Assembly: GCA_973851085.1 (NCBI GenBank)
Contig: OZ316775.1
Location: 10,726,001 to 10,790,000, forward strand
DNA length: 64,000 nt
Reading direction: 5' to 3'
Origin: Ptychomitrium polyphyllum
Lineage: Eukaryota
Position numbers and translations under genes: made by a program. The notes below the pieces were generated by a model. It was not told where the DNA came from and ran no database searches. It worked only from the letters and a program-made list of their open reading frames with translations. The stretch's first letter is position 1; each line of letters opens with the position of its first letter. Positions 12,955-23,825 of this stretch are shown one piece after another.

Positions 12955-13971
12955 ATGGCGTATGTATTGAGGGTTTCTGTTGTGCTTTTGGTCCTGGTCG
13001 TGATGGCTATGGTGGTGGACGCTCGCCCTCCGCCCCTGTTCGCCATCACTCGTGGCTCTGAGGAGGGGGAGATGGAAGGCGTGAGTACAGGGAGGAAGCT
13101 CTTCAAGCTGGTTAGTAATACGCTGGTGCTTCCTTACCACAACGGGCCTTTGCTTGCTGGTGGTGCGCTGAATGTGTACATCATCTGGTATGGCACCTTC
13201 AGCCCTGAGCAGAAGGCAATTGTGACCGACTTCTTTGCGTCGTTTCAGCAGCTCGGTGCGGAGGTTCACCCTTCAGTGGCGAGCTGGTGGAAATTGACCT
13301 CGGGATACAAGGACAACAAGAACAACATCCCTGATGGATCAGTGAAGCTGGCGGGTCAAGCCGATGACAACTACAGTATGGGCAAAACCCTGAAGCAAAC
13401 CGATATTGAAACTCTCGTGGTTAACTCGCTCGCTTCCCTGCCTGCCGATCCTGCCTCCATCTACTTCCTACTCTCTGCAGCCGATGTCGAGGTCGAGGGC
13501 TTCTGCATGAATACATGCGCCTCCCACTCTTTCACTTCAGCTTCCCCGCCGTCCAAGAATCTCATGTTGCCGTATTCCTGGGTTGGAAATTCAGAGACGC
13601 AGTGCCCGGGGCAATGTGCTTGGCCGTATGCGCTCCCTCAGTATGGTCCCCAGGGAGCGAAAGCCTTGGTTGCGCCCAATGCCGATGTGGGGATGGACGG
13701 CATGGTGATCAACTTAGCAAGCATGCTGGCCGGTACGGTGACCAACCCTTTCAACAACGGATACTATCAGGGCGATGCCTCGGCTCCCTTGGAAGCTGCT
13801 ACAGCTTGCATTGGCATCTATGGCGCTGGAGCATATCCAGGCAACCCAGGGCAGCTGATCGTTGACCCCATCACCAGCGCCAGTTACAACGCGCAGGGGC
13901 TTGGCACTCGGAAATATTTGCTGCCTGCGCTCTGGGACCCTGCCACTCTGACGTGCACGCCTGTTTCTTAG
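12955..13971 (+). CDS. EXORDIUM / PHI-1 (phosphate-induced protein 1) family secreted protein, 338 aa, intronless
   Basis: Hydrophobic signal peptide. Family motifs YHNGPLL, VYIIWYG, SVASWW, GFCMNTC, WVGNSETQCPGQCAWP, PNADVGMDGMV, TNPFNNGYYQG..APLEAATAC.GIYG.GAYPG.PG and RKYLLPALWDP. Confidence 0.95.
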   Translation: MAYVLRVSVVLLVLVVMAMVVDARPPPLFAITRGSEEGEMEGVSTGRKLFKLVSNTLVLPYHNGPLLAGGALNVYIIWYGTFSPEQKAIVTDFFASFQQLGAEVHPSVASWWKLTSGYKDNKNNIPDGSVKLAGQADDNYSMGKTLKQTDIETLVVNSLASLPADPASIYFLLSAADVEVEGFCMNTCASHSFTSASPPSKNLMLPYSWVGNSETQCPGQCAWPYALPQYGPQGAKALVAPNADVGMDGMVINLASMLAGTVTNPFNNGYYQGDASAPLEAATACIGIYGAGAYPGNPGQLIVDPITSASYNAQGLGTRKYLLPALWDPATLTCTPVS

Positions 13972-16049
13972 TGGGTTCCAGATTTAAGAACACTACATAT
14001 GGAGAATGTGGACAGATCGACCACTGTTGAGCCAACTGCCGAAGGAGTTGGTCTCTGAGTTTGGTTGCTTTGTGAGAGAGATGAGACCTCGGTTGGGGTT
14101 GATTTTTCGCAAGCTGGTTGGAAGACGGAGCTGTTTGGCTTGTAATTGTGTGTGTGATCATGAACTTCATGACAGGAGGTTAGCATGTCGATTTAATTTT
14201 TTCTATTTCTTTTGTGTGGAGGGTGAGGAGGGAGGGAGCTGGAAATGGGAAAGGATTTTAATTTCCTGTGTCCGATCAGTAGCGGTTAGTTAGAGTATAG
14301 GTTTGTGGTTACAGATGATCATGCATTCTGTACATATGAGTGGGCGTAGGTGTAATTAAATCATGGACTCAGATGATAGAACTCATTGTAGTTGGTTTGT
14401 GACCAACACCAATTTTGAAGCTTCACATAAGAACAACTCTGTATCTAATAATTGTGATGCAATTGTACACTAAATAGTACTGCCACTGCTTCATTGAATC
14501 ACACTTCACAAACGTTTTCAAACCTGTTCTTGTGGTGATTACGTTTATCATGATCTTTCTAGAACATAATCTGATTTGCATGAAGTTTGGTTTGATATAC
14601 CATCCTTCTCCTTTTTGGGACGAATGTTTCGAGGACTTGATTTAGACAGATGTTGACATCGTAAACACTTTTCCTTTCCTATTGTGGATCCAAATATGTG
14701 TACATTATGTGTGACAATCTTCTGTCGCAAGCTGTGACGAAGTAGTTTCTGTGAATCTGTTCCGCCATGTGAACATGGGTAAAATTCTCAATTACGAATA
14801 GGATCCCGTCACCTGAGGAGTTTTCAGAGATAAGTTTGATGCAGGAGCAGCTTGCAGCCACACCTGAAGAGTCTGCTCATGAGTGTCAGTCTCTCTTTGG
14901 TACAATGCATCAAGACATCTCTTTGGTACAGGAGGTTGTCGCCTTCCTCTTTTAGTAGCACTGGACTCCTATCTTTTCCCAACTGCAGCTTCCTTCCCAA
15001 GCAAACCTAGTAAGAGTACCGTACCGGATATTGGTTACCGGATATTGAGCATAGACAGAATCTGTCTTGAGAACCTGAGGCCATGCTAATGGTAACGGCT
15101 TCAACCAGAAGTATCAAACAATACTGGGACGGCAAATCACAGTTTGCTCAGTTTGTTTGCTGTTAGTAAGGATCACATTCTTTGCAAATGCTCTGGTTCT
15201 CTGACCAAAGAGGAGTTGCTTGCAGATTTACTAGATGGAAGTTGATCTGAGTCATCCGCGTCCATGGAGCGGCGCTGTTTCCAGAGTAACTTCACCTCTC
15301 TTGCAGACAGACATTCCACTTGGGATGAGGGCACACGATGTTCATCGCATGCCAAAATATTTAACAGCGCGCTGGGTTCAATTTCTCTCTGAACCTGAAT
15401 GATTGTAGCCCCGTCCTTCAAGTAGCAGCTCTGCGACGATTATAACCATAATGGTGTAACTCGAATTCGTTGTAGCGCTTCGATGACGTGCTTCTTCCGC
15501 GATCAATGCAAATGATTGCAGTACTCGACCGGACGGCTTTAAGTTTGCAATTGACACTCGACTGAGGCAAATTGTCGACATCTAGTCTGCCTCTCAGAGC
15601 GCGCGCCATAGCCAAGTTCTCTAGATTATAGCTAAAGGCTAAGCTGGTCTAGGTATTTCATCATTACTGTATGTAAAGTAGAGATTCAAAATATAGCGCG
15701 GGGTACAGTGAGGACATCGAAAGCCGTTACGATCATCGGAGGTTAGTTATGGCCGATGAGTTTCCGAGTACGCTAAATAAACCCAGTCCGTGTAAATAAC
15801 GTAATTTGTGAGGTAGTTGTTGCTCAGAACATGAATTGGGAACGAGGTTTTCCTCTTCATTTTCTGAAACTGCCGCAAAAATCTCTCGCGTTGAATCTTT
15901 CTTGAGTCCGAAATTAGGTATTTTTTGGTCATTCTTGCATCAGAATCCTCCATGGCTGTGACGATACAGAATGTGATCGCAAAGCCCATGCTTGTTAATG
16001 CACTCCAACTCCTTTGACCCTTGATGAAGGGCAGACATAGTTACATGCC

Positions 16050-19000
16050 ATGAGGCAATGGTGCCACATACAACAATCGTTCGGTCACGTGTATGCCTGT
16101 GTCGTTCCTTTGGTCAGTCATGTCAAGCTGCGGCTCCGAGGGTATGGGGGCATTGTGGAACGCCTGGAGAGGATTCCGAGAGGGACGTATCCATTGGATG
16201 CGTATCATCAGTTGGTGAAAGCGGGAGCAATCAAATTGGACATGGGACAAGTCGCTGCGTTACAGCCCCTGGAACGGTTGCACAGGGAGCTTGAAACATA
16301 TGAGCAACCAACTCCGGGTATCGGCAACAAGCTTTTCTCAGCTGTGGGATTGAGCCGACCGAAGATGGCTCCTCAAGGGTATGTCGTCACACTGAATCTT
16401 TTGAATCTAAATCTCTGCTTGTATGTACTTGTAGTTATGTTGAAGATTTTGATTATTGACAGTCCTGTCAATGAACCAAAGATGTTGCTGAATATACAGC
16501 AGACAAGTGCGTCGAACTAAAGAAACGACATCAAACCCCGTCTTCTCTCTGAATCAGGATAGAAATTAGCCCTAATTTCTATTTTCTGACCAATGTGATT
16601 TGCATGAAAATTTGCTCTTTTGTAAAGCGGTAGAGTTGATTTGTACGCTAACGAAGATGAATTATCTTTTCCAATTGTTAGTGATACACGCAAAATGCGG
16701 TGCAGGGTTTATATCTATGGAGGGGTGGGTACAGGAAAGTCGTTGGTGGCGGATATTTTCTTTCACTGTAGTCCTATCCAAGGCAAGCGAAGAGTTCATT
16801 TTCATCAATTCATGCTTGACATTCATAAGAGGTGAGAATTCGGTGCAGTCACTGCCCGCACAAGTGACAACAGGACTTATTGCTACAGAAAATTTAGTTG
16901 CACATAATTAGTCACGAATTTATAGAAACCATTTCTTTTGAGTCAGGTTCATGCGGGCTTTGATTTGTCGAAGTTTTCCATGAGACAAACACGTAAGGCT
17001 GGCCACTAACGGTGAGAGGTTTGTTTTAATTATATATTCTTTGAACAGATTACACAACATGCGAACCTCGCATCCCAAGGATGCTGACGTCGTTGAGTTA
17101 CTTGCTAACGACGTCTTGAAGACAGGCTGGTTACTCTGCTTCGATGAATTTCAGGTTGAGAACGGCCTAAACTTCACGATTTCAGCTACTCGTTATCCCG
17201 AGATTTCTTTTTCCAACTTCTAACAATAGCTTTGCTGAACTTGTAAGCCCCCCCAGTTTAATATTTCTAAGCTTAAATTATGTGATTGACGGAAGAACTC
17301 TCATAATGTACTACCATATACTCTTAATGTCAAAGAGCTACTCTAGTTTTGGTGCCAGTTCATACAAATCTAGTTTGAAATCTGAGTAAACACATAGCCT
17401 CTAGTCGACTTACATTTTCTCTGAATTTCGTCTGAGATTCTGATTTTATTTTCTCAGGCAAGTATGCAAGCATTATAAATGCTAATAAAACAAAATTGCG
17501 ACTCCTTGCTACTCACTCTACCTTGACTGTACTGTACGAAGGATTTTAACGCTACAATGGTGCTGTTATTGAATTTGAAAACACTGTATTGTAAGGAGTT
17601 GGTTGCATGATTGTTTTTGGTAGGTCACTGACATAGCTGATGCTATGCTTCTGAAACGACTTTTAGAGAATCTTTTCAAAGGTGGAGGAATCATGGTAGC
17701 GTCCTCAAACCGCGCACCCGCTGAGGTTGGTCTCTGTATTACCTTCGCTTATTGTTCCTTTCTGCTTGATCAGATGCGCGGATCGAAATCTCATGTTTGG
17801 GAAGGATTGGTCACGACAAACAGCTCGTTGTTGAACCTCTTCATTACATAGCTTCAGAAGATGTCATCATTGAACTTTAACACTTAATTGTGAACCAATA
17901 ATTTTGGTATCATCTTAGCTCTTCCTCCACACGACAGAAGAGGAATGAACTGTGCCCAGAATAATGCTGAGCCCTTCCGCAACAACAGGACTGGCTTAAT
18001 TGTCGTGTATATACAGTTTTGACAATCAAAATTCTGAACCTTGACTTTTTAAGCTGCAGTTGTACAAGAATGGTATCCAGAGAGAGTTATTCCTACCATG
18101 CATTGAACTGATAAAGAGTCGATGCCAAGGTTTTGCCTTTCGTCCTCAAGCACCTGACTATCGTCTGATCGGTGGCCGTCCTGAAGGTTTCAAGTGAGTT
18201 TGACTTCGATGACCAAAGTGTCAGTTAGCGCATCTTCCCTACCTTATCAGTATGCCATGGACCATTTTCAGTTTTGTTCTGGTAAATTTCTGGTAATTAA
18301 CTGGCTAACATGTTTTGGTTGATTGCTTAGGGCTCTGGACAAAGTATGGCACATGCCACTCGATGATAATTCAGCAAAGAAAATTCAAGAAGGCTTTAAG
18401 CAGCTCGTTGGGGACCGTGCCATTGGTCGAACAATTCTTAAGGAAGGAACTCGCACCATAGAAGGTAATTCTTCCAGTTGTTAGTGATCATCATTAATAT
18501 GTAGAACTCAACGCGTTGAATTGTCTATTTAGATCGGGACAAGCTGAGTGTGTGTGGGGTTGCTTCTTAATTAATTGGTTTGAATAGTCAGCCACGTCAC
18601 ATTACATTAAGAACTTTCTAAGGACCCCATCGATTCTAGCATGATATCACATTGCGAGGTCATCGTAATCATGTTGCCTAATTTGCAGTGTTATGTGATG
18701 CCTGGCAGTTCCGAAAGCGGCTGGTGGTGTAGCAGCATTTACATTCCAGGAGCTTTGTGGTACTGCCAAGGGAGCAGCCGACTACCTTGCAATTGCATCC
18801 TCATTTCACACAATTTTCATATCAGGCATCCCACGTCTGACTAGGATCCACTCTGAGCTCGTATGCCCCAACCACTTCATACTCAGGCCGCTTCTTTTAC
18901 GAGTCAGCCATTCTCCCTGCTATTTCTCAAAACTTTGAAGACTTGGACTCCACTATGTCTCCTCCTGGACAATCTGCTTCGCAAACAATTAATGACATTG

Positions 19001-20829
19001 TGCTAGTGTCAAGATTTGCAGGTAGGACTACATGTTGTGTGCAAAATTCCTCAAACTTTTCGAGAGTGCAAAGATACCATGTGCTTGAGCACGTTACCAT
19101 AGTTTCCTTTAAAGTTGGGAGGTTAACTGGTAGACCCAGCAGAGAACGTTTCATGAAGAATCCTTTTAAACTTTTTCGGCCCACGCCTGTATAAATCCGT
19201 ATCTTGAATGTTATTTCTGTTATAGCATGTAGTAATTTTCAAGTGTAACACCTCGCTAGTAGTGCCCACATCATCTGGTTGATACAACTGTCTTTTTCAA
19301 GACCTTAACTAGCCTTAAGATAACAACCCGAAATTAATGTTGCAGGCAAGGAGGTTCATAACTCTGGTCGATGTTTTCTATGAGCAGGTACATCTAAAAA
19401 GTTTCGAATTGCTTAGCCAATTCATTTTCTTCTCATTCAGTATATGAACTTCTTGGCACCCAGCAACAACAATCTTGTCATGATACAGCTCGAGAAATGA
19501 GGTTATCTCACTGCTAGGTCTTGTCATTGTAGAAAGTGAAGGTGATCGTAAGCGCGGAAACAGATCCTAGCGGCCTATACCAACCAAGGTACAGCTCCAA
19601 TCTGTTTGATTATTGTATTCATTTCTAAAGTTTAGTGCTTTCTAATTTTATCCTCCAGATGATACTTCTAAAATTGGTGCCTCAATGAGTAAACCTTCTC
19701 CCATTCTCCCGACTCTTCATTTTATAAAATTGACGGGATTTATATCTGCTTAGCTAGATAGGTGATTAGGTCTTCAGGTAGGTATTGATAATCATTAGTT
19801 ATAGAGGCATAGAGTTTGAAGAGAGTATGTTGTGGCAGGGCAGAAGACTCTGCAGCAGGAAAAGGTAAAGCGGACGCTGGCACCCCTTCGTCAGGGCCGA
19901 AATACGTGGAGAGTGATGAAGAGTTTGCATTTGCTCGAACCGTCTCCAGGCTGAACCACATGCAAACTAGCGATTATCTCTCTAGTGCGTGGGCCGATCC
20001 TGGCAAGGCCTTTATCTGCCATCTTGAGAGCTCTACGCTACAAGAAGGCGATTTAAGAAGGTGCATTTACAACACCTATTCTTCTGACTGCAGCCAACAT
20101 TGCACACATAGTTTAATGGAAAGATTTGTATACCATACACCGGCAGCTATCTAATAACTGAACGACACATAAGTACAGGAATTGCTAATCAGCGTGGCTA
20201 AGCATGCGCGAGAGATGAGTGATGAACATTGCCTTAAACCATGGTAAACACACCTGTAAGTGAGCCTCCAAGTTGCTTAGAGAATTCGTGTTCTTGAAAC
20301 AGCTTGTAACCACTCACTGGTGTTAGCTGTTGCAGGGTGTGGGACCGTTATAATGTAGACTCAGACCACAAGTTGAGTAAAGAGGAGCTCCTTTTGATGA
20401 TGGAGGACCTCACTGAAATAAAATCAGGCCATAGATATGTGCCATCGGTATGTCTTCTCTGTCACTTAAAACTGTGGTGGTGAATCTTATTACAGCATCA
20501 AGCTCCTCTCATCGCCTTCCCTTGCAATCTCGACGATTCTGAATCATTCAGAAAAATAAAAATGAAAGCTTCAAACAGTCCTGTAGCTTTCTTGAGCTTA
20601 TGTAACCGATAGCTCGATTAGTCAAGTCATGGCTGTGCATCTGAACACGCCTGTTTACGTAAGCAAGCGCGTCTTTCATAAATAATATTATTCATGATCA
20701 TGTGGGTCAATGCAGGAACTGGTGGATGATATGTACAAGAAGTTAGATGCCAACAGTGATGGAGTTGTAGTGTGGACTGAGTTTCGAGATTATTTTTTGC
20801 GTTATGGTCTTCAAGTGCAAGCAGTTTAA
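16050..20829 (+). CDS. AFG1L: AFG1/LACE1 (ZapE-family) AAA+ ATPase with C-terminal EF-hand pair; 12 exons: 16050-16378, 16706-16831, 17049-17154, 17624-17725, 18060-18193, 18331-18464, 18709-18860, 19346-19387, 19533-19588, 19839-20060, 20336-20447, 20716-20829
   Basis: The spliced frame gives PQGVYIYGGVGTGKS (Walker A), RRVHFHQFMLDIH, LLCFDEFQVTDIADAM (Walker B), SSNRAP.ELYKNGIQRELF, DYR, F.ELCGTAKGAADY, ARRFITLVDVFYE and EEFAFARTVSRL. These are hallmark AFG1 motifs. All introns are GT-AG and in phase. The last two exons encode EF-hand loops NVDSDHKLSKEE and DANSDGVVVWTE. Confidence 0.92.
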
Positions 20830-23825
20830 CAAGCCCTCTGACAGGAGACACAACGCATTGCTAGGGAATGGACTTGTTTATTTGATTTCTTAATTGTTCT
20901 GACGTTTTAAATATGCTCTCCAATACAAGCGTAACCAACTACCAAGATGAGTAGTTTATCTCTCTCAAATTTACTTCACTAAAATTTGGCAGAGATTGAA
21001 AAGGTTAGGTTTGTATACTTTAGCTTTTTTTGCTTGTTTTCTTCGTCTTTTAGTTCAAGGAGACTTTGTTGTACTTGACCATTGGCATTTTCAAAATGTA
21101 ACATTTTGATGTTCTTATATATTTTGTAGAACTTGGAAAGTGAATATATACTAATTTTCAAAATCCATGGTTGGAAAGCAGTGTTAGAAATCATTTGAAG
21201 TTATTATTGTTAATGATTGTAAAGTTACCCAAAGATAAATTATAAAATTCTTTAATGGATGCTTGATACAATTCATTTTAAAAATAACTTTGACATGAAA
21301 CAACTTCTTTCTAAATAATTATCATTTGTCAAATATTAAAACATTGGAACGTACAAGAATTATAATGTGATACAACTTTGGCAAGATTAATAAATAATTT
21401 ACTTGTAAAATTAATCACAAAATGGACCAAAAACCAATTTCAATTCAATTGTAAATTTGGTATTAGAGTTCATTTGATTTACTCATATTATGTATAATAC
21501 ATGTTTTTTAACAAAGTTATTTTACATTATAAGAAAAATTTAATTTGATAATAAAAAAATTTACTTTTGAAATCTAGAACAAAAAATTATAAAATTAATG
21601 TAATAGAGTATTAAATTTATATTTTGATTATGATTTTATATAGTTATAAATTCTTTGATATAATTTTTTATTATTAATACAATATACGAGGTTAAAGATT
21701 ATGAAATATAAAAATATAGAATAATATAATAAACATTAATACTAATAAATGATGTAGTAAAATAGTTGATGAATATATTATTAGCTGTAATTAAAAAAGC
21801 CATTTAATATAGTAAAGAATTGAACTCAAACAATCCTTTTCAAAATGTTTTTGAATTTTATTATATATAAGGCATTACAAAAGAAATTGCATTCTTTCAA
21901 ATAAGTTCCAATTACTATTGGTTCTTTCTATATTAATGTGCATATAATATGTAAATGACAATCTTATATTATTAATGCATATCACTATGAATTTTATTTT
22001 TTTGTGTTATAAAAAACTTGTATATTTCTTTTTTGCATTGAAATGTTTTATTGAACATTTGTAAAATGCTATTGAATTATAAATTATGAGAATTTAGATA
22101 AATATACAGTTCCAAATCTCAATTTTTTTTCAAATTGAAAAAAAACTCCTTATTTTTTAAATACTTTAAGTATATTGAAATTTTCATGTGCTTTAATAAT
22201 AAACAATGTACAACACAAACAATGTAATGGAAATTTGAAATAACAATAAAATTATTTTCAAATTTAATACGATTTAGAATCTTTCATTAAACTCATTGAC
22301 CTTAAATTAATCTCAATTCCTAATAGAAAAAATAACACATGATTGATATTTTAATTTAAATGACAAAGTAATATGTGTATATATTTTATCAATCATAAGC
22401 ACATTTCATATATATTTCTAGAACAAACTTACAATTAAGCTTGTTATGTTTAGATACCAAAATTCTTATTCTTTTATATACTTGTACCAATAATTATCCT
22501 GTTTTATAATTAAAAAAAAAGAAACTGACCTTCATGCACCAACATATTTAAATAAACATGAAACTAGAGAGAATTAATATTATTCTCGTTTCTCACGCGT
22601 AACAACTGGTTTGATATAGTAGATGTTGTTGATGCATACAGCCAACTGTTGGCGGTGATATCTTTAGACGTCGTAGATTCGAGGTGCAAGGTTTGAATGA
22701 GCCCAATTCTCCGGCAACGGCTCTGGACGGGGCCAGTCCACCCGGGCACGGGCGCCAAGCACCCGTTCTCCTGCTAACCCGCGCACCCGCGCACCTCCGA
22801 TGGCGCCATTTCTCGTCTCTTTCGCTCGAAGTTTCATTTGCTCGTCACCACCAAGCCAACAGCGACTCGCTTGTAGTGCGAGGGAGTTTCGCGTGTCCAT
22901 GAATCGGTTGATAACTTCTCGATACTCGTGTGATACTCGTGTAGTATCCTGAAATACTGGCATGATAACAACGTGTTACTCAGGCGTCGTATCTCCGAGA
23001 TGAACAAGGGCAATGGGGCTCCAAGTTGTGAGCCCGCTATGGCCACCCTGCCGTCACTTCCTTTCAATTTCACGTACCGCTCTCGCCACCTTCCTCTTCG
23101 TTTGCTCACGCACCGACGTGCTACCGCTGTGTTCCTAAGGTTGAGCCTAGACTCTCGTTTTCTTGCCGCCAGGCTTCGTGTGGAAATCAATTGAATCTTC
23201 TCTGCTTGTGCTGCTTTAGGGTTTCTCTCGTTTTGGAGTGGCTGGAGTTTTGGGATGGACGATTGGTGTTTTTGGTGGCTGTAGTGAATTTAGGTGCGAT
23301 TGCTGAGCTTTGAGAGACGTTGCGGCTAAGAATGCGAGTAGTCTAGGTTATCAGTAGGTGTGATAGGCTTGTTCGTTTGATTTCAGGGAAAGGAAGGCGT
23401 GTTTTTGGCTTGAGGGGTGTGCGTGGCAGTAGAGTCGTCTTTTGGCGAGGAGGACTGTTCTGCAGTGTGCTTTTAAGTGTATAATCTCTTGCAGTGTCTT
23501 TAGTGTCGTCCTTTAGACTTCTGTCTGCGACATCCAGCCTGATTTTTGTTGTGTAGGACAGAATATGTAATTCGGTTACCTCTATGGTCTTATTTTTGTG
23601 TTTCAAAGATCTAGTGGTGCAGGATCTTGATCACTCTATTGGTCGTGCAGGATTTGTGAGCTGGAGGACCTCTACGGTCACCGCAGACACCTCGGTTGCA
23701 TGGTGTTGAGGCTTGTAGGATAGCAATGACACGCACGATTTACTAGGTTGAGGAGAAATGGCAGAAAGATTTAGGAAGGAGGCGTGGATGAAATTGGTGG
23801 TGAAATAGTGTTACTGAGCTAAGAA

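Noticed and set aside
12826..14293. Overlapping alternative/antisense ORFs over EXORDIUM (also over the RLK last exon and the coiled-coil gene)
   Set aside because: Shadow ORFs expected from GC-rich codon usage, with no recognisable motifs.
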